64,000 nt of DNA from Camelus ferus (lineage: Eukaryota), in assembly GCF_009834535.1 (NCBI RefSeq), contig NC_045697.1, forward strand, positions 36,582,001-36,646,000, given 5' to 3'. Under the pieces are notes generated by a model, which saw nothing but the letters and a program-made list of their open reading frames with translations, searched no databases and was not told where the DNA came from. This document shows positions 23,608 to 38,194 of this stretch, in pieces; the first letter of the stretch is position 1, and the number at the start of each line of letters is the position of its first letter. Position numbers and translations under genes: made by a program.

Positions 23608-26518
23608 TGTCCCGCCCAAGTTCGCCCAGCTAGTAAATGACGGAGCTAACGCTGGGGTGCAGTTCCTCAAACTTTGGAGCCCATGACCTTCCCAGGGCCC
23701 CACACAGCCTCGCCTTGCCCTCCACCAAGAAAGGGGCCCATGGGAACAGGGACTTGTGGTGCTTCTGTGTGTCACCCCAGAGAATCTGAGACTTCTTACA
23801 CCTTTACAATTTTCACAAATACAGAGGTGGGTTCTCTAAGTTGGTAGAAAGACTATTTCTCAAACGTGGTCGTTTCGTGCCCACAATCAGGATTGCCTGG
23901 CACTTTTCGAAGACGCGCTCTCTCAGTAACAGGCGTAGATATTTAGATGAATTAAAATCCCTTTAAGGTAGCATTGGTGACTTCAGTAAACCTTTGTTAA
24001 AGATCCCCATTTCAAACTTCATGAGCTTTTTAACCGCTGTGTAATTTAAATCCCATTTAATTTTAGTTTTTGTATATTCAGTCCTCGGTGAAGAAGACTG
24101 AATTACTGTTTTCTTTACAAACCCTCCATATACTTGTCTTTTATCCTGTCTAATAGGGTGCTCTGGCCACGTCTAAAAGCCTAACTTCTTCCAATTTTTT
24201 CCCAAGATAGTTGAAAATTCTTAATAATTAGTAACATACAGTGACTCACAGACACACACACAGAGTGTCCCAACAAAGGATGGAGAGGAAAAGGCAAAAG
24301 CAAGAGGGAGTCGTGTTGCTGGTCCCCTCAGGTGTGATAAGCACAGAAAGGGCCGACTTTCTAGGTGGGGAAGTGTTTTCCCTCCTAATGGACTTTTGCT
24401 TCCATCCAAGAAAGGGCAGGTCCTCAAAGACAGGGATCACTACCAAGAAGCCTGTCCTTCAGTTCTCCTTAGTCAAAGAATAGAAGACAGAGGATATCAT
24501 GAAAACCACTCACCATCAATGGGGAGACGGTTCTTGGTCAGATTCTGACTAACAGAGTCTTAGCAAAGGGAAGTTTGTTTGGTTTTCCCAAATCATGAGC
24601 AGGAGAAGATGTTCTTTCTCAACTTCGACAATGAACCTGGATGCTTGCCTCTTTTTAGCCCTTCTTAGAGCTGAATTCCCCTGGGCTCCTGCCACTAATC
24701 CACGATAAGGTGCCTGGAGTAAACAAGGGCACTTCCTGGTGGCTGTGAAGGCACAGCAAGGTGGAGTGGTGGACATGCGCTCAGGGCATGTGGAGACAGC
24801 ATCGCCATGTCTGGTCCTGGTAACTCTGGTCCCAGGAGCAGCCAGCTCCTCCCAAGTTCAGCGGGGAAGCTGCACTTCCAGTCGAAGTTTAGATTATTGC
24901 AGAGTAATGAATACTTTCCCCTCCCACTATCCTTGGCCAATTACGAGAACGTGGGATTGTTATCACCATGAACCTTTCCTGGAGTCCTCCCTCCTGGGTG
25001 GCTCAACTAACCTTGCATTGGAAATGTTGACCTCGGCTGCAACCAAGGGACCAAAGTCCAAGTGAGACAGCAGGAACTCACTCCCCATGGGGAATAAGGA
25101 TGTCCGAGAAGAAGCCTGCATTTTATTTTCAAATCCATTCAGCTCAGTTCAATGAACACATATGGGGATTAAAGAACTAGGAGCAGTGTTATTAACCGGT
25201 CTGGGTAATAGAGGCCCCAGATCTCCAAGTTCCCTTTTTGTACTGTCTTAATTTGAGGCTTTGTCGATATCAGTGCTAGCCATCAGCCTAGGGTGGTCAG
25301 GCTGGTCCTTCCAGCTCAGGCCGGCCCCTTGAAGTGGCGTGGTCCACGTGGCAAAGGGAAGCCACCCTAGCGGTCCTCTCTCCCACTTTCTCTGAGTTGC
25401 CCCAGGAGACGGACTGGAAGTGCAGCTTTGACAAGTCCTGCCGCAGCTGCACTCACACCCCCGTGCTGGGTGACTCTCACTAACTTGTCTCCCCAGGGTG
25501 GCCAGTCCTTCTAGGTGATTCAGCTGCACTTGGATCAACACTGTTTGTGTCCTGCCCACCCACCCACAACCTCGCAGCTGGGACTGCTGAGTGTGTGTGG
25601 CAGCACACCAGATGGCCCATGGGATGCTTTTTCTTCAGTGTTGTGTCGCTGCGGGGTTCTGGCAGGGGGTACCGCAGTGGTGCTGGGCATGTCCCCTCCT
25701 CATTTCTGCCCCTAGGGGATGCTGCACATACCAACTTCTTTGAACTTGAAGTTGGAGATCTGTGAGGTTCCTGGTCTACCCTCTACCCAATAAGGTAACA
25801 TCTCCAGAATAAAGGCACCAGGAACCACATACCAGGGGTCACCAGTACATCAGTCCCAAGTGCCAGTCATCTGAAAGCCAAACGCTCTAAACTGATTGCC
25901 ATTATTTCTCCCTTCCCCCACCCCCCTCCTGCAAACCTTCCCATTCTATACTGCCTGTATTCTACCTACCTTCTTCACCCTTGGTTAAATGGCTGACTTC
26001 CCTCTGCACTGTTGTCCTCCCGTGGACACATGATCACATGAGATTTCATACAAAAGCAAAAGTGGATCCTCACTGGGAAGCCTTAGAATTCTGCTGGTAT
26101 GATGGAAAGAGGAACAGAGTGAGAAACAGCAATCAGGGTCTGTCACTGCACACGCCCAAAGTGATGGAAATGAAGTTACCCTCTGTAGTGATATTGGGAT
26201 GGATCCTATGCAACAAGTGAGCTCTGCTGTCTGTGATCTTGACATCACCATTGGGGATGTCGTGGCGGGGTCTGGGTCCTGTGCAAAACAGATGCTAGGG
26301 AGAGACTGAACACGCAAGGATTTAATTAGGGTAGATACCCTTGTGAGCGACAGTGGGACAGGAACTGAGAAAGGTTGGGACAGCGCATGGGAAAGCTTAA
26401 TCATGTCTTTGTTGAATGAATGAATCAATGAATAAAGTATTGTTTGGAAAAAGAAGGAGAAAGGAAGCATCTGGGTACAAAATGATGTGAATTAGCAGAG
26501 TTGCTATTAAATTATAGG

Positions 26519-26659
26519 CAGGGCAGATATTCAGCTGGTGTCCACCATCAGGCTGTACTGGGTGCTCACTCCTGACATCCCCTCTGATTGGTCAGGTCTA
26601 TTCTGACTGGTTGATGCCCATGCTGTACTGATTGTTAAAAATTCTGAAAATCACCCCTG
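26519..26659. mobile_element. Short non-autonomous hAT element (MamRep1894-like)
   Basis: Terminal inverted repeats cagggcagatattcag / ctgaaaatcacccctg; 8-bp flanks attatagg / gttacagg. Confidence 0.65.
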
Positions 26660-27956
26660 GTTACAGGGACTATCATATTGCCTGGAATATTTGGCAATGG
26701 TTTCACAAATGGAAAACAATTTATTTCTGATGGCCATTTCACTGCAACATAGGGCCACCATGCCCATGAACAGTTCTCACAGAGGGTGGTGGCACCAGAA
26801 CAAGGGGGGCTGCCCAAACCCACTTGTTGTTCTGTGAATTTGATGGAAGGTGATTTATCAAATTGAGGCTGTGTCTGTCCCAGGTTTCTGATGAGCTGCT
26901 GATTTTTGCTCAGCTCTACTTAGAAAAGAATTTATATTACTTTTGCCCCACTAAAAATATACCAGCAACTAACGCTGGTGCCCTTCTGCTCTGTGCTCTC
27001 ATCACAAGCACAGGACATCCTCCTTAAACTGGAGAATGTTTGAAGAAAAAAATGAACTGAGACTAAAAGAAATGTGACCTGTCATTGAAGTTTTTATACT
27101 CACAACATGCTGAAATAATAGGGATGTTTGGGGGCAAACTCATGAGATGTCTAGATGTAAAAGCCAGGTGGACGAGAAGCGGAACTAGACGAGCCCATAT
27201 GGAGGTGGCAGTGTGGAGACAGGGAGGAGTCAGAGAAAGGAACCAGGCACCCCTGGAGAGTGTACTGAGGACTCTGAACTCCCGCGGGTGGTGGTTCTGG
27301 GGTTTGGACCACGTTTAACTAGATCTCTAAAGGGTGTGCAAGGGGACACGCCTGATACCTGGGGATACTTAGCCTAGCTGGGTTTGTTGCTTCTTGCAAC
27401 TATACATGAATTATGAATGTCAGTCCAAACTCAGAGGCAGACTTACTTGTCTTTCATATAATTCCCCAAGAGAAAAAAATCTGTGCTCATGTCTGGGATG
27501 GGGCTGAACCTCTTGGGTGGGGATAGTAGGGCACAGGTCACCTCTTCCGAGAAAAGAGTGATGCAGGAGCAGGAAACAGGAAAAGATGATGCTTTGGATG
27601 TGCAGAATTCAGAGGGAAGTGACGTGCTTGCTTATGATCATTTAAGCTCCCCTTCTAGATGCATGGACTGGTTCATTTTCTGACACAGGGCACCAGCTCT
27701 TCTCTTAGAGTTCTAGTCATTGCTTCTCTCCTGAGTGGCAGTGGCTCCCCCACCCACTGGAACACACACCATTACTAGCACCGAGTCTGCACTGTCCCTG
27801 TGCTCACCTCTGAGAACGGCCCCTTTTCAGCTGTTTCACCTGATTAGACTATGACACCCGTTTTCCACCCCGACTGATAGAGTGGCCCAAAGTCACACAC
27901 AGCCGTCTTCTTCTGTGTCCAGGGCCTGCAGGAAAGAGTAGCTAAAAATCCTTGCC

Positions 27957-28082
27957 AAATCTTGTAGTAACCTATAATGGAAAAGAATATGAAAGGGGAT
28001 ATACGTGTATGTGTGACTGAAACCTTATGCTGTATACCAGAAATTGATACAATATTGTAAACTGACTATATTTCAATTAAAA
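27957..28082 (+). mobile_element. L1 3' tip
   Basis: atcttgtagtaacctataatggaaaagaatatg...ttgtaaactgactatatttcaatt(A)n; degenerate TSD aaaaatccttgcc / aaaaatcactgcc. Confidence 0.9.
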
Positions 28083-28394
28083 AAAAATCACTGCCCTTTC
28101 TTGTGGCAGGCAAGGACAGAAATGAGCTTAGGGCCAAGCAGTCGAAAACTCAAGAATTCAGCCTGGAGATATCCCGCCTCAGAAACTGAGCAAACTTGTG
28201 AAAACTAGGGAAAAGAAAAAGTGTAAAAAGTAAAAGCAAATCGATAATAAATAAATTAGAGAGAAGAAACAGAATAAAATATATCCACCATATACTAAAT
28301 GAAAAACGTGGCATTTCCTCTCCACTCCATCAAAACTTGGCCAAATCACCAATGATGTACAACCATGTTGCATCTCAACAATGACTCTCAGTCC

Positions 28395-28848
28395 CAATCT
28401 AGTACCTTCCCCTTTCACTGTACTCCAGGCACACGGGCTTCCTTGCTTTCCCTTGTCCACAGCAAGCCGACCTCCACCCTACAGCTTGGTACTGGCTGCT
28501 CTTCCTGCCTGGAACACGCAGATGTCCACATAGCCAGCTACCTCCCTCCTTTAATTTTTACTCAAATGTCACCTTCTCAATCTGCCTGATCATGACCACT
28601 CTATTTATAATTGTAACCTCCTCCTCCTTGTACTCCAAATCCTACAAACCCTGCTCTGTTTTAATTTTTTTCCACATCATTTAGCACTTTTAACATGCTA
28701 TGTTAATTGCTTATTTATTACATGTTTTGCTTATTGTTCGTCTCCTCCCATCATGTTTCTTAAGATCAGGGATCTTTGTTTTATACACCAATGCCCAGAA
28801 TAGAATCTAAGACATAGCCGGTGGTCAATAGATACTTGTTGAATAAAT
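28395..28848 (+). mobile_element. L2 3' end (L2a-like)
   Basis: ctcaaatgtcaccttctca, gatcagggatctttg, ends caatagatacttgttgaataaat. Confidence 0.8.
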
Positions 28849-29399
28849 CAACAGTAGAGGCTTTCCAACAAAGAATTTAACTGAATGCTGTTAATATAAT
28901 AAAACAAAGCCAGGAAAAGACATAACCGCAAAGGTAAAAAGATCTGAAGTAGAATATTAATATCAGCAGAGGTAAAATTTAAGTTTAAAATTATTAAACA
29001 GAACCAGAAAAAGTGTATTTCATTATAATAAAAGACACTTTTTATAAAGAAGATATGACAGTTATATTCTGTTGGCATCAAACACCAAAGTATGCATCAA
29101 ACATCTGACTATAAACCAAACACTGTTAGAAACATAAAACTCGATTAAAAAGAAAATACAATTCTGGTGGGTAACTTTAGGGTGTCATTAGAATGACTTG
29201 GGAATTGTGAACACAAAATCAGACAAGACTGAAGAGATACACAAAATTAATGAGAGGTAATTTAATAAGAGTTGTAGAAAGAATGTAAAAATAATTGAGA
29301 ATGGAATCAAGTAACAAAAAGATGAACAGACCGTAACAAGAGCTGAAACAACTTCTCTCTCCTCACAACCCCTCGTTGGTTTGATACTCATCAAAGAAC

Positions 29400-29685
29400 C
29401 AAGGGAGAATCCAAGGAACCTGGATACAAGGTCACTGCAAGACTTGGAGTCCCCACTAACTTAGTGGTGGGGAAGCTGCCAGGTCAGTTACGGGCTATGC
29501 CCAGGACTGGTATAGCAGAACTTCTCCCATATTCTGGTGATAGAAAGAGTCCCAGGTCACCCAAATTGAAAGGGATGGAAAAATAGTTCCTGCCTCTTGA
29601 TGGAAAGTGGCAAGATCACACTGAAGAGCATATGGGATGGGAATGGTGCTATGGGAGCCATTTTGGGAAATACAGCCTACTACAA
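29400..29685 (-). mobile_element. MaLR LTR fragment (MLT1H-like)
   Basis: cctgcctcttgatggaaagtggcaagatcacactgaagagcatatgggatggg...ttttgggaaatacagcctactaca. Confidence 0.6.
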
Positions 29686-29859
29686 CAGATAACTGTAATA
29701 CCTCAAAAGGAATGTTAACATATGATCTTTACAATTTATAGTGCAGTTGAACATGTTAAAGAAATTTAATAGATTAAGTTACGAAGTACCCTATTTGTAC
29801 GTTCTTTGCTAGATTTATACATTAAATAGTAATGTTTGTAAATTAAACTTAAAATCTAA

Positions 29860-30600
29860 GGAAGTGGCTTCCTTTTAGAATATAAAAAGCTGGAAAGAGC
29901 ATCACTCACACCCTAAGAAAAAGAAAAAGCAGAATAATCTACAAAGTCATAACTCTCCTGGGGTGCATTAGAGAGCTGAGGTTGTAAGGCAACCGACTAG
30001 CCTGAAATCTATGAGAAAACAGGCACCTCTGAGGAAAACTATAAGACGGGCACCAGCTAATCTGAATCAGAGCATGGGAAGAGGACGATCTGCCATAAAA
30101 GTAGGGTAAGAAAAATTCAGCTAAAATTTGTAGTAAATTTTTAAAGTCAAGTTTGGGCTTTTGTGACAGTACAGAAACCCTGGGAGTCACAGATGAAGGG
30201 AGGATTCATACCCAATCACAGGCTTTTCTGTGCAGACCACATGAGAAAGATTGGGGCAGGGTAGAAGGTGGGAGAAAGCCTTCCTCATGGTTTCAGGCCT
30301 GTGAAAGGAAGATAAGAAAGATCAGACTTCTCACCAGAAACCAATAAAGTCTGAGGCTGTGAAGGAACGTCTTTAAAGTGCTGGAAGGGAAAAACTGTCA
30401 ACCCCAAATTCTATACCCAGTGAGTCTTACAAACATGAAGGGAAATTGAGACTTTTTCAGATAAACAAAGACAGAGACATGTTATTACTGACATGATCTA
30501 CAAGAAATCTTAAAGGGATTTCTTCAGGCAGAAGGAATACGATATGAGACAGAAACTTGGATTTACACAAAGAAACAAAGGGCACTGGAAATTGTAAGCA
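29860..30600 (+). mobile_element. Old L1 5' region joined to ORF1 3' part (L1MC-like)
   Basis: aaagtgctggaagggaaaaactgtcaaccccaaattctatacccag...ttttcagataaacaaag resembles the ORF1 C-terminal region. Confidence 0.6.
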
Positions 30601-31114
30601 TGAGTGGACTGTGGAACTCAGTACACTTAACATCATTTGGGAGCATATCTGTAATCCAATCTGATTACATAGGCTACTTTACTTTACTGAATTAGCCTGA
30701 AGGAAATCCATCATTCTAAAGTATAACAAAAATGGTTATTTATGTACTATTTGGAGGAAAAGGCAACTTAGTTAAGGAAGAATGAGATTGGGACTAAGTT
30801 TATTAAGGGCAAAGAAATTTTAAGTGTGGGCAAGTGTGAAAAAATAAAAAAAATGAAGATAAGAAAAATTCAAGGAATTAAAATGATCATTGACAATCTA
30901 AAGAAAAAAGATTTTACATTTTAAAATTTCTCACTTTAATAATTTAAAATTTAAACTCAAAGAAAATAGTAGCAGAATAATGTTCTGACACACAAGCCAA
31001 AATTTTGTATTAACTCAATGTATCTCTTTGGACTATATTAGACAATTCTGTAGAAAGCACAAAATAAAGACAGATGAATTGACTAATTCTTTTCATTTAT
31101 ATAACAATTAACAT

Positions 31115-31320
31115 ATAGCATTTGGTATGTTCTAATTTCTATTCTAAGTACTTTATGAATATTAAATAATTTAATCTTCACAGAGACCCTACGAAGTAGA
31201 TACTATTATTATTTACATCTTACAGATGCGGTGAAGGTCACATGATAAGTTCAAGATTTGAAAGTAAACATATTCTCCCTGAAGTCTTTGCTTTAAGTCT
31301 CTGTGCCACACTGCTTCCCA
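31115..31320 (-). mobile_element. MIR
   Basis: atttaatcttcacagagaccctacgaagtagatactattattattttacatcttacagatg. Confidence 0.7.
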
Positions 31321-31351
31321 ACATAATAGCTGAACAAAACCCTACATTCCA

Positions 31352-31439
31352 TGTATGTATGTATATGCATGACTGGGACATTGTGCTGTACACCAGAAAT
31401 TGACACATTGTAACTGATGGTATTTCAATTTTTAAAAAA
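31352..31439 (+). mobile_element. Very short L1 3' tip
   Basis: gcatgactgggacattgtgctgtacaccagaaattgacacattgtaactga; TSD cctacattcca at 31341-31351 and 31440-31450. Confidence 0.92.
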
Positions 31440-34400
31440 CCTACATTCCAAATATACAGAATTTTTATTACTTTTTATATGTCTGCAGAACATTTACAGA
31501 GACTGATCATGTAGCTGGCTACAAAGAAACTTCAGCAAATTCAAATAAAGATTTTATATCTTACATTATCTGATCCTAATTTAATGAATAAGAAAAAAAA
31601 TTATTAAAAGAGGACCGAAAATAGTCTACCTAAAAATTAAGAAATACTTAGAAAATATTTGGCTCAAAGAAGAAATCAAAACGAATATTACTGATCATCT
31701 TGAAAGCTATGAAAAGGAAAACTTTATCATATACTCTTCTAAGACTCTGTGAAATTGTACCAGAAGAATTTTATAGCCAAAAGCTTTCCTTGTGAAAGAA
31801 TGAAGATGAGAAGAAACTAAATCCACATTAAGAAATTAGAAAAAGAACAATAAAAGATGGACTAATAAAGGTAAAAGCTGAAGTTAATGAAATAGAAAGA
31901 AAAAATAGAACATATAAGTTTTAAATATTGTTACATTAAAAATCTATACATTTGATAGACAACTCAATTTTTAAAAAGGAAAAAAAGCAAAATTGTAAAA
32001 AAACAGGAAGTAGAAAGAACAGATATTAAAATGACTAAAAGTAGTAAAGGAGAATATAATATGAAACTTTATGGTAACAAATTTGAAAACTGGAAAAAAC
32101 ATTGGAAAAGATGAGGAAAAATGATCTATTTTTGCAGATGATATGACCGTAAACCTAGAAAACCCAAAGGAATCTGGTAAAAATCTAGAATTAAAAAGGG
32201 AATTTTGGAAAGTAGATGGATCCAAAAATATGCAAAAAAAATCATTAACTTTTCTCTACTCCAGCAATAAGAATAGGAATGGAAAAAAATCATTTAAAAT
32301 AATGAAAAAGAGACCCCTATGGAATACTTAAAGATAGATATAATAAAAAAGGAAATAACAAAATCATACTAAAGTATGTAAAAGGAGAAATGAAGAAATG
32401 GAAAGAGGTTCCATATTCTTGGATGAGAAGACAGAATGCCATCAAAATATTAAATTGCCTCAAACTGTGTATGTAGTTCACTAAAACTCACAAGAAGGGG
32501 CTGTTTTGGTGTGTTTTGGCAATTGGATAAAGTGATCTTAAAGTTTCTAGAAAAAGATTAAAACTGAAGAAAAGATAAGTAATTTTAGAAAAATAAACCT
32601 GGGGCATGGACTTCCTCACCAGTTATTAGAACTCTGTATAAAGCCATGATATTCAAATCAGTACTTTATTCAATCTGAGTTTTATTGCACATCCAAGGGT
32701 ACAGTATAAATATTATGAGTGAAAATATAAAGTTAAAGCAAAGCTCTTGCAGGAAAATCTAGTTGATTATACGTACTATATTTTGCAGGAAAACTTTCTT
32801 GATCACAAACTAAGAAGTCAAAAGCTATGAGAGAAAAGATAGGCATATTTAGCTCTAAACACCATAACTTTTAAGGCAAAGATATCATAAAAATATCATT
32901 GACCGTAGTAGGTTTGCAGAAATATATAATGCAGATAACATTTAATTTTTATAATATACAAATATTTCTTATAATTTGACAAGGGAAACAAGAACAAACC
33001 AGTAGGAAAATGGGCAAAGATACAAATGTACAATTCATAGAAAAGCAATCCAAGTGGCCAAGAAACATGGAAAGATCCTCAAATTCACCTAAAGTGAGGG
33101 GAATGCAAATTAACACTGAGATATCATTGTATACCTTACCAGATTATCTAAAATTTTAAAGATCTGTAACACTTCTTGCTGGCAGGGTTGTAGAAAAGGG
33201 ATCACTTTCACGGACGAAATGAGAAATACTACAGCCTCTTGGGGAAGCAATATGGTGATATCTACTAAAATTTAAAATATATATCCTCTTTGGGCCAGCA
33301 GTCTTGTCCCTGGGAGTCTCTCCAACAGAAATAAAGTCACCAGAACATAAGGATTCATCTAAAGTGGTCTTTTTGGAAGGAGGGAGTTGTTTTGTTTTGT
33401 TCTGTTTTTCAACTTGTCTGTGAAAGCTATGACGTGTTACCAGCAAGAGAAGAATGGCTGAATAAATTATGGCAATGCTGTACAATGGAACAATACAGAT
33501 GTTAGGAAGAATGACAGTCATGCTGATTGACAGGAGGAATTCAGAAAGTATTGTTGACTGAGTAAAGCACAATGCAGAAAATAAAAGGTAATATGGTTCT
33601 ATTTCTGTAAACAAACAATGATCAGAAAGCGCCCGTGTGTGTATGTGTGTGTGCCTCTTCATATGATTATACAGCCATGGGTAACAACAGGAGAGATACA
33701 TATTAGGTTATTAATATGGGTCATCTGGTTAGGTGGGTGGGTTGGGAATTGCTGTGTGTAAGAGTAGAGATGAGGCCAAGCCTATAAAAAAGGAAAATAA
33801 ACAACAAGACCACCCACCCATGACCACACACATGTACGTATGCTTAAATCGATCACATACATGCATTTGTGAAAGATGAATGACTGTGTGCTGTGCAAAT
33901 ATAAAGAGCTCACCCAGCCAGTTCGAGGGACCCAGTCTCCCAAATAACTGCTTCCTTTCTAGGAAAATCTCCTGTTCCACTGGTACTCCTGCACCAACAC
34001 ATTCTCCGGGAGGAATTTCTGATTCTGAGATTCTTGTTCTTAATTCTAAGACCACCCCTCCCACGGCAGAGTGTTTCATCTCAGCAATAGCACTCAGGAA
34101 GGCTCCACATCCTTCTGGAAATGGATATCCTTTGTCCATCCTTGCCCATACTTCCTTCTGTGAAATGACTCCCAGGTTCATCTTTCTAAATAAAGCAAAT
34201 CATGTCATTCTGGGTGGATTCTCTTGGGTTGTCGGGCCATGGTCCTTCTCTGTCTGCAACAGAGAAGACGGAAGGTGAAAGTACCTAGAAAATGACCTAT
34301 TGCTATTTAGATCATAAGTCCTAGAACTTTGAATTTGTCCAAACTGTGAGCTTTTCTTCAGGATCAAATATGAGGTAAAATATAAGAAGCCAAGAAAACT

Positions 34401-34929
34401 AACTTCAGATACCATTCATCAGCCCACGCTGTTTACTGCTCATGAGTCCCTCGCCCCCTTGGTGTTTACAGAATGTTTACTAGTTTTACATTCCATGCTC
34501 ACATCTGTCGCCTCCCTCCACCCCCTTGTGGTGGAGCAATTTCCTTCACTTCAAAGGAAGCTCCAGGTGCAGGGAGGACCCAAGGGGTGTGGCTTGGCCT
34601 CAGAATCTGGCTCCTCTTCTTAACGAAACATGTCCTCTCTTCATCTTATCCCAAAATGATTTTGGAGTTATTCCTAAATTCACTCATCTGTGCTTGAACC
34701 CTGAGAGTGAGAAAGGAAATGTCGTTTTCCTTTTTCCTTAAGTCATTGACCCTAATTTTGTCATGACACTTCAAACCGATTAAATGTAGAAACAGGAGGG
34801 ATGATTGGACATGCCACTCAACAGAACATGACACAATTTAAAGGGAGGTGAATGGGCTGTGAGATTAGTTTTAAGCCATTAACCTTTGGAGTGGGTTGTT
34901 ATGCCAAAGTAGTTAACGGATGCTGTGTC

Positions 34930-35337
34930 CAACCCCTTTGCAATGGAATATGCTTCTCCCAACAAGAATTATGGACTACTTCTCCACCCCTGTGGATCTG
35001 CCTGGGCTGGCCTTGGGATGCTGTGGGAGTTCCACAGCCTCGTCATTCCACTCTTGCCCTCTTGGAACCCTGAGATGGCCATGCTGTAGAGAAGCCCAGG
35101 CTAGCCTTCTGGTGAATGAGAGGCCTTAGGAAAAGACCTCTCACCAATGGCTCCCAGACACCATTGTGAGGGACACCGTTTTGGACCTCAGCTGAAGGCA
35201 GCCTCACGAGGGATCCCAGGCAAAGCCCACAGAGGACTAGCTCAGCCAGCCCCCAGAATTATAAGAAATAATAAATGGCTGCTGGTTAGTCACTGTGTTT
35301 TGAAGTGGTTTATCATACAGCAAAGTTGATGAATATA
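34930..35337 (+). mobile_element. MaLR LTR (MLT1G/H-like)
   Basis: gccatgctgtagagaagcccaggctagcc; cccagaattataagaaataataaatgg...gttttgaagtggtttatcatacagcaa. Confidence 0.7.
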
Positions 35338-35874
35338 GAGGCTTGGACATTTTAATTGTCTTTTTTTTCCCCCTCTTTTCTAATTTGTTGTATATAATGA
35401 GGCTCCTTTAAATTTTTTTTCCCTAGAAATCTAGGAAAACACATTCTCCTCATGGACACAAATAACTTCTAAGTACCATACATTTAAAAGTCCTTGGAGA
35501 TAGACGATTGCAAAGGCCGGCACTAGACCTTAGGTCTTTTCTTCAGTCCCTGTACCCAGGTCAGCACCGAATAGCCAGTGGGAGGTCAGCATGTGTTGAC
35601 TGAATTAAGTGTCTCATGGGACCCCGGTTGCTGCTTTCATCTCATTTTTCTTAGTACTTGCATGTGTCACAAAATGAATGGTGATTCACGGTTGATTTGG
35701 CTTACCTGGCCAGCTCTACAGATGTTCCCTTGTTGCCTCACTTTTCCACATAGAAAGCTCTCTCAAAGGTCCCAGCCTGGAATGAGAGCCTCTCTCCAGC
35801 TGGAGGAGGACTGGGCTCACTGGCCAGGAGTGCACTGACTATAGTAATACCAGTGCAGGAGCTGCAGAAGCAGC

Positions 35875-36030
35875 CGGTAATGTTTATCGACACCTTATCA
35901 ATATGCCAGTTATCACGCTATGCACTTTACACAAATTAACTAATGCAGTTTATTAGTTATTTATCATTTTCATAAGGAAACTGAGGTACCAATGGGCTGA
36001 TTTACTTGCCCAAGCTAACACAGTTACACA
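35875..36030 (-). mobile_element. MIR
   Basis: aaggaaactgagg...acttgcccaagctaacacag core. Confidence 0.65.
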
Positions 36031-37837
36031 GCTAAGAGCATTATCTCTTAGCAAACGCTCTGTCTCTTTGTGGCTAATTGTACAGTTACAGCTGAAAGGT
36101 TTAAACTGTGGAATATTAAACATAGTCATTCATAAAAGTGATCTAACAGAAATCACCTATTATATAATTCTATAATCTCCGAAACTATATACTACTGCAC
36201 TTCTCATTAGTCAAGAAACAAGTATTACTGAAAGCATAACGTGTCCACGCTTATACACAGATATAAACTAATACAAAAAAAATGACATCATGTAAGAATC
36301 TTGTCTCTAAAGGTATTTATGCTATTTTGAAGAGAAAAGACTTACACGATAAAATGACCAAAGAGTCAAGACAAGACACAATTTTAAAAAGACAAAAGAG
36401 CAAAGGAGTTCTGAGACCTCACCTCTTGCAGGGAAGACTCTGAGTCATATTTCAAATCTCCCTTTCTTCTTGAAGCAAAACCCCAGCTTTCATGTTTGGA
36501 TGTCACGGCACTAAATGATGGTTCCATAGGCCAGACTAACCTGGGTTAGCAACTAGAATAATCCCCAGAAAAGAAAATTTACTTTGGGATTTAAGATGAT
36601 CAAAACTGATTACTTTTCAAGAGGCTTAGAAACCCAGAGCTGTAAACACAGCTGGGGAAACACTTGAATGTGGGTTCATAAAAACTCCAGTGAATAATCC
36701 ATCCTTCTGCCTTATGACGTGGACACAACACCACATACATGAGCCTATGGGGAAGCAGTAAATATTTTTATACAACCTTGCTGGTGAAAAGAAAAGAAAA
36801 ATGTATAGAGACATGCCCACCCACATCTCTGATCTATGTAATGTAAATATCTTTCTTGTTTTATTGAAGTAAAGGCTAAAGGATTACATTCAGCCCAGCC
36901 ACTAAATTGTAACACAGGGATGTTATAGCCAAAGCTATAAAAATTGGATTTATCTTCTCAAAATTTAGAGTGCCAATGGAATTATTTTTATCTGATGAAA
37001 AGTAACTCTCCTACTATTTTTTGACCAATAGTTAATAGAATTGGGGCTAATTTTCTCTATACAGAATAATTTTGACCTGTCAAGACCTTTCTGTACTCGA
37101 AAGGATAGATATCTTTATATTAACAATGATTAGATCTGATAGTGCGATTAAGAGTGTTAGTTATTTACTTCTCTTTGCTTTTTGTTGTTTTCAAAAAATT
37201 TCAAAATAGCATATATTGTTTTTATAATAAAAAGATTATACAATTTTTAAAAAGCAATTAATCTACTTAACTTCTTACTGATAGACATTCCTATACTATT
37301 TAAATAATTTGCCCTTAACTATTTTGAGTACTAAATAAATCTTGTCTTCAGGTCGTGGGAAAACAATTTTCCCTTCTAGGAGAATTCTTATGATCAATTT
37401 TCACTGGTCTCTAGAAATTTATGTCAAGGCTAAGAAAACTTTGACACAGGACTTGAGTCTTGGAAAAAAATTACTGTAAGGAGGAAAAAACTTATGCCTT
37501 AAAAATTTCTTTTTCAGATGACTTGCTGTGTAGTTCATTAGCAAGAGACACAAAAAGTACTTTCTTAAATAATAATGGTCCAGAACTTTGCTCTTTGAGA
37601 TAACAAGGCTCTGTTTTTGCAGGTGGCCTTCTCCTCAAAGAACAAAAACTGGAAACATCCATTGAATTGCCCTATTTACATGTGTTGAGTCATGCTAATG
37701 GAACAGAGCTAATCAAACCTTCGCTACAAAGCCCTTTATGTAAAGGAGAAGGACCAGCCTCAGATTCACTAACCCCAGATGCACAACGTTCATGTGTCTC
37801 TACAAAGACACTAACCTACCAAGGAGGATCTCAGAGG

Positions 37838-38142
37838 CAGAGCTGGCCAATAGAAGGATCATGCGAACCACATACAGAATTTTTTATTTTCTAGTGGCCA
37901 CATTTTTTAAAGTCAAAAATCAACAGGTATGTTAATTTTAATATTATGTTTTATTTAACTAAATATATCCCCAAATAATATTTTAATGTTAAAAATGTAT
38001 TTAGATAATGAACATTCTTTTTTTAACTGTCTTTGAGTCCAGTGTCTATTTCACACTTATAGCACAGTTCAAGTTGGACTGGCTACATTTCAAGAGCTCA
38101 AGAGCCACGCGTGGCTAGTGGCTACCTTACTGGATGGTGCAG
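37838..38142. mobile_element. MER33-like hAT-Charlie element
   Basis: cagagctggccaatagaa...cacttatagcacagttcaagttggactggctacatttcaag...gtggctagtggctacc. Confidence 0.8.
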
Positions 38143-38194
38143 TTCTAAGATAAACATGTTATTCTCTCCAAGTAGGATTATAGGTTCTTAAATT

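Larger units (their letters stand above)
28930..33700 (+). mobile_element. Ancient decayed L1 (L1ME-like) ORF2 to 3' UTR, interrupted by several insertions
   Basis: A-rich strand bias; tttgcagatgatatgaccgtaaacctagaaaacccaa at about 32131 encodes FADDMTVNLENP (RT YADD-type motif); gaatgcaaattaacactgagatatc near 33100. Confidence 0.75.

Noticed and set aside
33156..34278. ORFs of 181, 150 and 132 aa
   Set aside because: The first is antisense to a decayed L1; the others overlap on opposite strands with no recognisable homology.
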